From positions 1-63,767 of IMG/VR virus record IMGVR_UViG_3300005713_000005: a stretch of 63,767 nucleotides of DNA; one strand, given 5' to 3'. Numbering within the stretch: the first letter of the stretch is position 1; each line of letters opens with the position of its first letter. The notes under the pieces are model-generated. The model was given only the letters and a program-made list of their open reading frames with translations, had not been told where the DNA came from and made no database searches. This DNA is from a virus. Taxonomy: Duplodnaviria > Caudoviricetes. Positions 37,261 through 45,839 of this stretch are shown here, one piece after another. A program made the position numbers and the translations under genes.

Positions 37261-37541
37261 CGTTGTTTGCCCTTTGTAAGACCGGCCAATTCGGCACGAG
37301 TCCCCGCAATCCTCTCTTCCGCAATCATCACTGCGGCTTGGTGCAACTCTGGATATCTGCTCACAACCACGGCGGCAATTGAATTACGCGCAACGTCGTA
37401 GCTGGTGCCAAAACTGCGGCCTTGCATCCAATGGATTTCCATTGAGTTCGGCACAGTGGCACCAGGAGCGAACTCCATCAGCATGTCGAGGTTTTCAAGC
37501 TCGGCTGCCAGTTGTCGCAGCAGTTGAGATTCCATGCTCAT
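37257..37541 (-). CDS. hypothetical protein
   Basis: ATGA-coupled ORF. Confidence 0.55.
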   Translation of the reverse strand: MSMESQLLRQLAAELENLDMLMEFAPGATVPNSMEIHWMQGRSFGTSYDVARNSIAAVVVSRYPELHQAAVMIAEERIAGTRAELAGLTKGKQR

Positions 37542-39154
37542 TCCTGCTCTCCCTTCACATCGCCGGGGCCGACGAACTTGCGGCGGGGGCGGGTCGCGAG
37601 CTTCGGCGCGTCCGCCTTCACGGCCGGCGTTTCGACTGCTTCAGCGGCCGGGATCCCCTCCGTCCGTGTCGCCTCATTCACAGTTGAATTTTGAGAAGAG
37701 GCCGACTCTGGAGCCGTCAGAACGAATTGGGGCTCCTGCCCTTTGATGTGCCCTTCCTCCAGCACGATCGCGTCGCCGCCGACCGGGCGCACGGTCTCGA
37801 TGATGATCTGGCAATCGAACTCCTTCGCGAGATCGGCCACCATCTTGAGCGCGTTGTCGTCCAGCAATGCCGCATTGCGAATCCAGCACAGGCGGATATT
37901 CGGGCGCTTCGCCACCGACAGGGCAACCGCGATGCGCATGCGAGTGCCATCGCCGACCTGCTTCCAGATCACGCCGTTGAGCTTGATGCCCTCGTCATCG
38001 AAGTCGAGACCTTCGACCGGCAACTTGCACGATGCGATGGCATCGCGGCGCGCCTTCTCAATCTTTTCGAGTTGAGCGGTGAGTTGCTCCACTGTCTGGC
38101 GGAGCGATACTTCGGCCTTCAGGTGCTTCTCACGCTGCTGCTTGTCGGCGAACTGCTTGTTCAGTCGAGTCGCGTTCGAGATCTGATCGCGAATTGCCTG
38201 GATCGCTTCGGCCGGCGTTTCGGGCGGTAACTCACCAGCCTCGGCAATCTTGCGCTCTGTCTCTTCACACTTCGCGGTGAGCGCTGCCGCCTCGGCTTCG
38301 ATGGTTTCGCGCTTGCTGACCAGCTTCGCAGTGCCCTCGGTCTTGATGCGCTCTTGCTCGCGCAGCAGCGCGTCGATCTGTCGCTGAATCCTGTCTGCCG
38401 CTTCGTCAGTCGCCTGCTGCACCAGATCCAGTTCGCTCAGCACGCTGTCAAGTTTCAGCCGTGCAGCCTCTCTGTCCTTCTCAATCTGCTCGCGGGCACG
38501 GGCGCGATTCTCTCTGCGGCCCTGAATATTGAGATTCTTTGCGATTGCATCTTCGACCTGCTTCGACAGTTCGCTGACTTCGATGATTGCGTCGCGTGTG
38601 TCTGGAGGCACGCGAATCGCCTCGGCCGCTGCAAGTTCGCGCTTCTGCTCGCGCTTCACATCGGTACGGCGTGCGAATACACCATCGTGCTCGCGCTTGT
38701 TCGCTGCGAAGTCGAAGCCAGGCGCAAAGGATTCGAGCACGCTCACATGATGCTTCGGATCGGCGAGCAGGAATTCCAGCGGGTCCAGAAGGTGATCACT
38801 GACGATCTTCTTCAGATGAGTCGCAGCCTGCGGATACTTGGCGCCGGTCGGCGTCGTTAGTCGCAACTCGTTCTTCAGCTTGCCGTGCGCGTCGTATTCG
38901 TATGTGCGCGTGGCAATGAGGATGCTGCCGTCGTCATCCTTTAGATGCGACTGAATAGCCGCCTCTTCAGTGCCGTGCCTGATCGGATCATCGGGCGAGA
39001 AGCTCGCGTCCTTCAGTGTCGCGAAGATGGCATTGAGTGTGCTCGTCTTGCCTTGATCATTGCCACCGCTCAACTCTGTAACGCCGTCACCGAATGTGAT
39101 GTCGACGGCTTCCAGACGCTGGAAGTTCTCTGCAATCAGTCGTACAAGTTTCAT
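37538..39154 (-). CDS. SMC/Rad50-like ATPase
   Basis: ENFQRL, GGNDQGKTS Walker A, long coiled coil, degenerate C-terminal ABC motifs. Confidence 0.8.
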   Translation of the reverse strand: MKLVRLIAENFQRLEAVDITFGDGVTELSGGNDQGKTSTLNAIFATLKDASFSPDDPIRHGTEEAAIQSHLKDDDGSILIATRTYEYDAHGKLKNELRLTTPTGAKYPQAATHLKKIVSDHLLDPLEFLLADPKHHVSVLESFAPGFDFAANKREHDGVFARRTDVKREQKRELAAAEAIRVPPDTRDAIIEVSELSKQVEDAIAKNLNIQGRRENRARAREQIEKDREAARLKLDSVLSELDLVQQATDEAADRIQRQIDALLREQERIKTEGTAKLVSKRETIEAEAAALTAKCEETERKIAEAGELPPETPAEAIQAIRDQISNATRLNKQFADKQQREKHLKAEVSLRQTVEQLTAQLEKIEKARRDAIASCKLPVEGLDFDDEGIKLNGVIWKQVGDGTRMRIAVALSVAKRPNIRLCWIRNAALLDDNALKMVADLAKEFDCQIIIETVRPVGGDAIVLEEGHIKGQEPQFVLTAPESASSQNSTVNEATRTEGIPAAEAVETPAVKADAPKLATRPRRKFVGPGDVKGEQE

Positions 39155-39172
39155 TGTCGTTCTACTCCGAAT

Positions 39173-39235
39173 AAAAATGCCTCGCCCGTGGTTCAGGGGG
39201 TTGGGTCCACCAGTCGTCGACTGGCTGGGCGAGGC
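39173..39235 (-). terminator. three-way-junction hairpin followed by a U tract
   Basis: 9-bp GCCTCGCCC/GGGCGAGGC enclosing two sub-stems, then ATTTTT. Confidence 0.45.
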
Positions 39236-39244
39236 GTGAAATCG

Positions 39245-39451
39245 TTACAGCGCTCTCATGTTCGAACTGTCAATCGGGCGGCCATCAAGACCGACGTCAG
39301 TAGTCCAATCTGTTCGCGCAAGAAATACTTCGCCGTTGTCTTGCTCAATCACAGCTTCGACTGTGCCCATATCTTCCGTGCCTTCGATCTGCAACTCCGC
39401 GCTCTGATTGCGAACTCGCTGCAGTTTCTCGATCACTTCAAAGACCCTCAT
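39245..39451 (-). CDS. hypothetical protein
   Basis: Coupled ORF. Confidence 0.5.
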   Translation of the reverse strand: MRVFEVIEKLQRVRNQSAELQIEGTEDMGTVEAVIEQDNGEVFLARTDWTTDVGLDGRPIDSSNMRAL

Positions 39452-39663
39452 AACTTCTCCAGCGCATCGCGCGCGTCTTTCGGAAGGTGCTTGTCGAGGG
39501 CTTCGGCGATCGCGCGGTGAAGCAAGAATTCGCTGAGTCCGCCATAGTCCTGCTCATTCATGCCGCGAAACTGAATCCGGCGAACTTGCTGACTCGGCCG
39601 TTCTGAATACGAGAAGATCTCCTTCTGGATCAGCTTCGCGAGCTTTGTTACGCCGGCACTCAC
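39448..39663 (-). CDS. hypothetical protein
   Basis: GGAGG RBS; coupled ORF. Confidence 0.55.
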   Translation of the reverse strand: MSAGVTKLAKLIQKEIFSYSERPSQQVRRIQFRGMNEQDYGGLSEFLLHRAIAEALDKHLPKDARDALEKL

Positions 39664-40826
39664 ATCGCCTCCAAATGCTCGCGCATCTCGTTCGCCTTGA
39701 CGGAAATCTCGAAGGGCATCTCGCGATCGGCAGCGGCGTACGCGTCGACTGCGGCCTTCATGAAGGCGGCGAGCTCTGGTGCGGTCGTGAACGCCTGGAT
39801 CGATGTCATCATCGCGGCATCGTCGCCAATCGGCGGTGCGGTTGGCTTCTCGTCGGCCGGCTTGTCTGCGGGCTTGTCGATGACGATGCGCTTCTGTGCG
39901 GCGTCGGCTGCCGCCTTGAGCGCTGCCTTCTCCTCACCCTTCAGCGTTGCCCACGTTGCGCGCCGACGATCCTCAAGCGCAGCCAGCGTCGCGACCTTGT
40001 CGCATGCTTCGTACTCGGCGGCGGTTGGCGGCTTCACGGGCTCAGTCGATGCCTGACTGCTGCCAAGCGACCATCGAGCAAGCTTCTCGCCAAGATCTTC
40101 GTCAATGGGCTTGCCTGCCGCACCAGTGAAATAGGCTTTCAGATAACCGGGGAGCTTGATCATCATCTTCTCGCCGATCTCGTTTGAGTTCAGCGTAGGC
40201 ACCCCGCCAGCGCCAGGCAGCAGCAGGACTTTGGCGGTCAGTTCGAAGACCAGTTCTTCACTGGCGATCGGCATCCATCCCATGCTCACAACCTTGCCGC
40301 CGCCGAGCTTGAGCTTGTCGCGGGCCTTGAAGCAGAAGATCAGGTGAACGTCTTGCTGCGTGAACCAATCAATGAACTCTCGGAGCGCACGCTTCGGCCT
40401 TCCCCACGCTGGAACGTTGGCCTTTTCTTCAGAGCACTTCCACGCTTGCATGATTCGATCGACTTCGTTTTGGTGCCATTCCAACTGCCCGCCCTTGCCT
40501 TCATGCAGATGGCTCGTCGAGTCAGTGATTACGGTCTTGCATCCCTTGCTCTGAAGGAATTCGATTCCCGCTCGGTAGTTGGCTGGAGTGAACGGTCCGG
40601 GGAACTTTGCGTGACGAAACTTGTATTTATCGTCGTAGTGCCGGGCGCGCTGATTCTCTGAATCCAGCACTCCAATATCACCACCGGCCACACGCTGTAT
40701 TCCTGTCGCGAGACGCAAAGAAGATTCTGTCTTGCCTGAACCGCTCGGACCAACAACGCCAATCAGAAGCTGCGTGCCGTTACGCGGCCCGATCGACTCT
40801 TCGAATTTGATCGTGCTCTCGTTCAT
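39660..40826 (-). CDS. AAA_24 / Sak4-like recombination ATPase
   Basis: GPSGSGKTESSL, LDSE, ITDSTSH; follows the exonuclease gene. Confidence 0.75.
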   Translation of the reverse strand: MNESTIKFEESIGPRNGTQLLIGVVGPSGSGKTESSLRLATGIQRVAGGDIGVLDSENQRARHYDDKYKFRHAKFPGPFTPANYRAGIEFLQSKGCKTVITDSTSHLHEGKGGQLEWHQNEVDRIMQAWKCSEEKANVPAWGRPKRALREFIDWFTQQDVHLIFCFKARDKLKLGGGKVVSMGWMPIASEELVFELTAKVLLLPGAGGVPTLNSNEIGEKMMIKLPGYLKAYFTGAAGKPIDEDLGEKLARWSLGSSQASTEPVKPPTAAEYEACDKVATLAALEDRRRATWATLKGEEKAALKAAADAAQKRIVIDKPADKPADEKPTAPPIGDDAAMMTSIQAFTTAPELAAFMKAAVDAYAAADREMPFEISVKANEMREHLEAM

Positions 40827-41728
40827 CACCACTCCTGCGCCTTTTCCATCCAAGTTTTCAGTGACCAGCCGTGTCCGCGAATCGGCGTGATCTTGTCTAC
40901 GTATGCCGGCCAACGGTTGCGGCGCAGGCAGTCTTCCCAGAGCACGACAGCTCTGTTCCAGCGAACGCGGCCCAACTCGCGCAATTCGCCGTCAGGCGGG
41001 CCGGGATAGATCGCATACGGCGGTTCGATCTCAAGGTGAAGGAACTCCATCGAGATTCGCCCGGCAAGCTCTGGTCGAAGCCGCTCGACTGCGCTCACAT
41101 ATGCGGCGTGTTGAATGTCCCGCCCCATCTCAGTCATTTGCTTGCCAACGACGTCGGGATGTGCGGAATAGATTGTCTTGACGTCATAGATTTTGCCGCG
41201 ATTGAGTTGGAGGCGATCCATGCGACCGCGGCAGAGCACCGGACCATGAATGCCGTCTTCCTCCCACTCGATCGCGACTTCGCTTTCGCCGCCTTCCTCA
41301 GTCAGGTCAATGCCGAACTCAGACTTCAGAGATTCGTGCAGGTAGCTCGCAGCGTCTTCGAGCGATTCATATTGATGCACGAGCATCGGAAGCTTGCCAG
41401 CAGCCTTCGCTTCATCTCGCAACGCCTGCGCCGCTTTCTTCTTCCAGTTGTCGAAGCCATGGATGATTTCCACGTCGGCGCCCTTGCCGAGCAAAAGAGC
41501 ATGGATCACGTCTCCGTTGTCCATCGCCTTCGATTCTTTCTTCTTTATGAAGCCAGGATTTAGCGCTGGGCCGAGGCGTGGGTGATCCTTCCACGCATGG
41601 CGCGGGCTCTCTTCAAGCATCACCTTTGCGATGGATTGCGACAGTGACGGAACTGCGCACGGGTCGTCGCGATACTCAGCCTCACTCACGTCCAGAATGC
41701 GCGCGCGAGGCTGCAGAAGTTCGCTCAT
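40826..41728 (-). CDS. PD-(D/E)XK exonuclease (RecE/DUF3799-like)
   Basis: LSQS...SPRHA, ESEV, CRGRMD, YDVKT, IQHAAY. Confidence 0.85.
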   Translation of the reverse strand: MSELLQPRARILDVSEAEYRDDPCAVPSLSQSIAKVMLEESPRHAWKDHPRLGPALNPGFIKKKESKAMDNGDVIHALLLGKGADVEIIHGFDNWKKKAAQALRDEAKAAGKLPMLVHQYESLEDAASYLHESLKSEFGIDLTEEGGESEVAIEWEEDGIHGPVLCRGRMDRLQLNRGKIYDVKTIYSAHPDVVGKQMTEMGRDIQHAAYVSAVERLRPELAGRISMEFLHLEIEPPYAIYPGPPDGELRELGRVRWNRAVVLWEDCLRRNRWPAYVDKITPIRGHGWSLKTWMEKAQEW

Positions 41729-41761
41729 CAAATTCCCCTTCGTTCCAAACTCAACTCAAGC

Positions 41762-41930
41762 TGTTACAGAGTGAGGCCGGTCGCTACTCCGGCGCAGGGC
41801 TTTAGGTCTGCCCCTAGACAGCCACGCGCACGAGCCTGGAAGCGCATGGACTCATTTCTTCCCCGGTTTATGATCCCGGCATATTTCCAGCTTTTGCGTG
41901 TCTGCTTTCCACGCCGCTCACTCTGTAACA
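41762..41930 (-). ncRNA. 169-nt cloverleaf RNA with non-canonical D- and T-like loops
   Basis: Perfect 14-bp closing stem TGTTACAGAGTGAG; GCGTG-GAAAGCAGA-CACGC; GCCGG-AGTAGCGA-CCGGC. Confidence 0.7.
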
Positions 41931-41948
41931 ACTCTCTAAAGCGTCGCG

Positions 41949-42152
41949 CTAGCCAGCCGTCGGCGGCATCAACTTGCCAGCCTTTTGGAATACGGCCGTT
42001 CTGAAATCGTCGCACAGCCTGTCCAGTGTGATTGGGTCCAGAGCCGACAGCGGAATGGCCAGCTGGTCTCGACTCATATCTGGATTCTCCACCGGCCTGA
42101 CAAAGTTCGGCACCGAAAATGGCTGCAGTTCTAATTCAATCTTCGCTTTCAT
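41949..42152 (-). CDS. conserved phage hypothetical protein flanked by a 13-bp direct repeat
   Basis: GAGGTGA RBS; LQPFSVPNFV...LDRLCDDFRTAVFQKAGK. Confidence 0.7.
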   Translation of the reverse strand: MKAKIELELQPFSVPNFVRPVENPDMSRDQLAIPLSALDPITLDRLCDDFRTAVFQKAGKLMPPTAG

Positions 42153-42175
42153 CTCTCACCTCTGTTTGTTAAAGC

Positions 42176-42261
42176 GTCGCGCGGCAGGATTCGAACCTGC
42201 GGAGACGACTCCGTCTCGCCGTTGGAATGCCGGTGCCTTAGACCACTCAGCCACGCGCGAC
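42176..42261 (-). ncRNA. class II (Ser/Sec-like body) tRNA-like RNA with truncated anticodon arm and no CCA
   Basis: 8-bp GTCGCGCG/CGCGCGAC, D region GCTGAGTGGTCTAAGGC, V arm GAGACG-GAGT-CGTCTC, T arm GCAGG-TTCGAAT-CCTGC. Confidence 0.75.
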
Positions 42262-42281
42262 ATCGAAACCTTTGCCCAACA

Positions 42282-42341
42282 CCCCGCCGCTCACTGTGCG
42301 GCCCTACGTACGCTTGCCATCACTGCAGGTAAGCGGCGGGG
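42282..42341. repeat. 10-bp inverted repeat upstream of the tRNA-like RNA
   Basis: CCCCGCCGCT ... AGCGGCGGGG. Confidence 0.5.
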
Positions 42342-42347
42342 CGGGAC

Positions 42348-42653
42348 TCACTTCACAACTTTCAAAGCCACCTCGGCCTCGCGGACGACAACTCGCTCAG
42401 CTCTCATCCGCTCCACCTGTTCGCGCTCAACTCGCTCACCGATCTGTTCAAGGATCGCGCCGAGTTTCATATCGACCTCGCACAGCGATCCAAGTATGAA
42501 AGTCTCGTCGCCGCGCTTCAGCTTCCACCGCATTGCCGACTTGCCGTCGTCCATGCGAATCAACTTGTACCCGCACCACTCCGCCCGATTCGCCAACTGC
42601 GGCTCAACAGCCACAGCGAGATTCACCGGCGGGAATGTGAAGCGGGTGGGCAT
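42348..42653 (-). CDS. hypothetical protein
   Basis: ORF in operon. Confidence 0.5.
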   Translation of the reverse strand: MPTRFTFPPVNLAVAVEPQLANRAEWCGYKLIRMDDGKSAMRWKLKRGDETFILGSLCEVDMKLGAILEQIGERVEREQVERMRAERVVVREAEVALKVVK

Positions 42654-42654
42654 C

Positions 42655-42840
42655 TCAGTATGATCCAGCGTTCATGCGCAGCCAGCGGCGTGCCCACGGC
42701 TTGTTTCGATTGGCCTGCGCCATCAGGTATGCCTCACGTTTCGTGTCGTACCTGATCTGATCCAGAGTTTTCTCTGGCAGCAGCAGCTTCGCCCTGACTT
42801 TGATAGGACTGTTCACGCGGGCACCCTGGTGGTAGGCCAT
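42655..42840 (-). CDS. hypothetical protein
   Basis: GAGG RBS. Confidence 0.45.
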   Translation of the reverse strand: MAYHQGARVNSPIKVRAKLLLPEKTLDQIRYDTKREAYLMAQANRNKPWARRWLRMNAGSY

Positions 42841-42845
42841 GATGT

Positions 42846-43523
42846 TTACTTCCTCTGCGAGGCTTCGAACGCGCGGCGCAGTGCTTCCTCAGTCAAGCAC
42901 TTCTTATCGCCGCACTTCTCTGTCTGAGGTTGCGCAAGTATGAAAGCCACCAGCCGATCAAGCTCTGCAGCGGCCGACGTCAGGTCGCGATTCTCGGATG
43001 AGGTGCAATTGGGAAATTGTGGCTTCGCTTTCCGGCCGCGCTCGCGCTTCGCCTTCTTCTCGTAGGCTTCCTGCACGGCGTCCATCTCGAGCACCATGTC
43101 GCACGCCGAGTCCGGCATGCCGATCGCGGTGAACTGCGCGGCGGCGAGCAGCAGGTAGCAGTCGCCATCGGTCCACGACCAGCCGAGAAATCCAGAGCCA
43201 CCAGGCCGCGAGCCACCAGCATTCACGCCGGTGCCGCCGCAGCCGGGAATCGACAGCCCGCCCTGCGCGACGCTCGGCGCATTACGACGCTGCTGAAAAT
43301 TCATGACCTGCAGATTGCCGGCGTTGTTCGCCTCGCTCGATGTGAGCGTGCGCGATGCGTCGAACACCTCGACCGTCGCCAGAGATGACGAGCTCGCGAC
43401 TGCAGCCGCAACCGCTGACGCATTTGCGCCATCGTCCGGCGGCCCTTCGCTTGGCGCACCAGCACAGGCCGAGCTCGCCACCATCACCGCCGCCGCCATC
43501 ACCATCACTCTTCGAAGCCACAT
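42846..43523 (-). CDS. exported Cys-containing hypothetical protein
   Basis: Signal peptide ending SSACA; several Cys. Confidence 0.6.
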   Translation of the reverse strand: MWLRRVMVMAAAVMVASSACAGAPSEGPPDDGANASAVAAAVASSSSLATVEVFDASRTLTSSEANNAGNLQVMNFQQRRNAPSVAQGGLSIPGCGGTGVNAGGSRPGGSGFLGWSWTDGDCYLLLAAAQFTAIGMPDSACDMVLEMDAVQEAYEKKAKRERGRKAKPQFPNCTSSENRDLTSAAAELDRLVAFILAQPQTEKCGDKKCLTEEALRRAFEASQRK

Positions 43524-43524
43524 G

Positions 43525-43743
43525 TCATTCACCCTCTGTTGAAACACGTTTATCAGTCGAACTCTTTTCGGCCTTCGATTTCTTCACGAAGGTCTCGAAC
43601 AACCATTGCAGGATGTCGGCAATCCCCTTCACCATCTGCCTTGCTGCCTTGATCTCAAGACAGATCCAGACGCAAAGCACGATCGGTATGCAGATCACCA
43701 GCACTATCAAACCAACTACGATCCAATCGCCGATATCCATCAC
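43525..43743 (-). CDS. small membrane protein
   Basis: Strong N-terminal TM segment. Confidence 0.55.
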   Translation of the reverse strand: MMDIGDWIVVGLIVLVICIPIVLCVWICLEIKAARQMVKGIADILQWLFETFVKKSKAEKSSTDKRVSTEGE

Positions 43744-43866
43744 AGACCCCTTCGAAAAGTTACCGCCGATCAGCCATGAACCGAAGATATCCAGACGGTC
43801 GCGACCGGCGAAAAGCCTTCGCGGCAGCCATCAGCACTAGCATCACAAGTGCAGACTTGAGCGCCA

Positions 43867-44055
43867 TCATTTCGCACCTCGCTGAACCTGATCTTTCAGA
43901 AACCCATGCTGCGGCTCATATTTCAAAGCCGCACGCCGTCGCTCCAACTCTTCCGCATCACTCCAATGTGGCGTGACCTGCGGCACCTTCACCGTCGTCT
44001 CGTCATCAGGCACACGCACTTTCCAGCGCAGCAGATTGCGGATCCAGTTACTCAC
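43867..44055 (-). CDS. hypothetical protein
   Basis: Coupled ORF. Confidence 0.45.
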   Translation of the reverse strand: MSNWIRNLLRWKVRVPDDETTVKVPQVTPHWSDAEELERRRAALKYEPQHGFLKDQVQRGAK

Positions 44056-44428
44056 GGTAGCCGTGCTCTTCGTTGTACATTTTCCAGAACGCTTTCATCT
44101 CCTTAGCGAAGTCGAAGTCGTGCATAACGACGCTGGACTGTCTCAAAGTCGCCAACAGACAACATGGACAATCGCCGGCCATCTCTCGAAGCTTTGCCTC
44201 CTGCTGATCGCTGAGGATTCCTTCAAACCCGTTCGCATCAACTGCCGTCTTCGCGAAGGCGATCAACTCCGCCAAAGGCTTTGCATCAATGCCGCCGCAC
44301 TCGCACACACGGCATACCCTGTTGGGATTATTCGTGCAGCCACGCTCGTGCTTTGCCATTGCAGGGCGCTGGAATCCGCCCTTGTTGCAGTGGTCGCAGT
44401 ACAGCCGCGTTACCTTGCGCTCTCTCAT
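44048..44428 (-). CDS. zinc-finger hypothetical protein
   Basis: YCDHC...HERGC...CRVC, CPCC. Confidence 0.65.
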   Translation of the reverse strand: MRERKVTRLYCDHCNKGGFQRPAMAKHERGCTNNPNRVCRVCECGGIDAKPLAELIAFAKTAVDANGFEGILSDQQEAKLREMAGDCPCCLLATLRQSSVVMHDFDFAKEMKAFWKMYNEEHGYRE

Positions 44429-44697
44429 TTCGCGATCTCGTCGAGCAGCATCGAGGCCTCTCGCAGCACATGTCGCGCTTCAGTTCGCGGCGATCCGCGA
44501 TGCTTCTTGAACGCTGCCTCCAATCGATCAGACATTGCGACCATCTGGGCCATCTGATAACCGGTGATCATCTTCATTCCAGCGCCAAGGTTTGGCCGAT
44601 GCCGCGCGCAGTAAAGGCTAAGCACAAGCGCTCGCTCGCTGCAGTTGGGCGACATGCACTTATTAGCGCTCGGACCTTGCATGACCTTGATGCCCAT
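44425..44697 (-). CDS. hypothetical protein
   Basis: C..C...CARH motif. Confidence 0.5.
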   Translation of the reverse strand: MGIKVMQGPSANKCMSPNCSERALVLSLYCARHRPNLGAGMKMITGYQMAQMVAMSDRLEAAFKKHRGSPRTEARHVLREASMLLDEIAK

Positions 44698-44960
44698 CAG
44701 TCCCCCAACTCGTCGACTTCGATGATGCGCGTCAGCTCGTTGTACAGGCCGGGCAGCATCGGGAACGGTTTACGAATCACACCGTCTTCATATGTCACTT
44801 CCATGATCGTGACATCTGGATCCAGCCCGAGACCTCGCGCTCTCACCGACGCGTAGGTGACACGATAAGTCACGTCCACCTGCCAGGACCTCTCGCCGAG
44901 CGACACCATCGTCGTTAGCGTCTGCACCGGGCCGATGTCGCGGCTTCTGACGGCGCTCAT
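44697..44960 (-). CDS. hypothetical protein
   Basis: Coupled ORF. Confidence 0.5.
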   Translation of the reverse strand: MSAVRSRDIGPVQTLTTMVSLGERSWQVDVTYRVTYASVRARGLGLDPDVTIMEVTYEDGVIRKPFPMLPGLYNELTRIIEVDELGD

Positions 44961-45262
44961 AACAGCACCTTGTATTCTTGCTGTAAAAGCACCGCTTCAT
45001 TCGAAAGCAACGGAAATCGCGCCCTGCCCACTGCCAGAATCATTTGCCCATCGTGTGCCTTTCTGATGCAGCACTCTCGTATGTCCAACTGAGAGTAGGC
45101 GACAACGCTATTACCAACCATGGCAAGCACGCGTAGTTCGCCTCCCTGCTCGCTCACTTCCAGACTGCGGGGCATCTCTGCCGTACCAGCAAGCCGAAGT
45201 GTCACGCCAACGCTTTCAACCGCGCCCATCGTCATTGCCTCTTCGCTGGTCCGAGTTGGCAA
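44957..45262 (-). CDS. hypothetical protein
   Basis: ORF; start uncertain. Confidence 0.45.
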   Translation of the reverse strand: MPTRTSEEAMTMGAVESVGVTLRLAGTAEMPRSLEVSEQGGELRVLAMVGNSVVAYSQLDIRECCIRKAHDGQMILAVGRARFPLLSNEAVLLQQEYKVLL

Positions 45263-45333
45263 CTGAAGTGCACGCCGTAGATCACCGCGTGACGCTTCGA
45301 CAAGCAGTCAGCCGCGAGATCTCTCTCAGTTGC
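45259..45333. other. long interrupted hairpin in early leader (RNase III-like substrate)
   Basis: Nested pairs GCAACTGA/TCAGTTGC, AGATC/GATCT, CGCG, TGAC/GTCA, GCTT/AAGC. Confidence 0.5.
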
Positions 45334-45401
45334 GTAACAACCAAAGATCACTCCGCCGATGACACCGATTAGAAGCGTCAACCAAAATTTGAAGCGCGAC
45401 T

Positions 45402-45839
45402 TCACGCTGATGGCTCCTGCGTCTCGGCAACCTTTTCGCTCTCAGGCTTCGGCGGCAATAGCGCAATACGGAGAGCGTCACGCAAGATCGGATCCAGCAT
45501 TGGCACACCAAAGCCATCCAGATCGGTCGCGAAATCGGTACCTCCGACGATCATGAATCCCATCGACTCAGTAGCACGGTCCCACCTCGCGACGCCAGCA
45601 CACAGAGCGGCTGCCACAAGCGCGTAATCCTCCGCGAGTTCCAGCTTTGATTGAATGACAAAATTCGCGATGCCAGCATTTCCACGAACGCCAGTCTTTT
45701 CGATGATCCGAGCACGGTAAGTGCTCACCGTCTTCACGCTGAGATTCAGCCGTATAGCAATCTCAGACGGCGTGTGACCTGAGGCGATCAGATTCATCAC
45801 TTCGATCTCACGCGGCGAAAGTTTTGATGGTGCGCTCAT
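45402..45839 (-). CDS. LuxR/GerE-type HTH regulator
   Basis: LSPREIEVMNLIASG...EIAIRLNLSVKTVSTYRARIIEKTG. Confidence 0.88.
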   Translation of the reverse strand: MSAPSKLSPREIEVMNLIASGHTPSEIAIRLNLSVKTVSTYRARIIEKTGVRGNAGIANFVIQSKLELAEDYALVAAALCAGVARWDRATESMGFMIVGGTDFATDLDGFGVPMLDPILRDALRIALLPPKPESEKVAETQEPSA

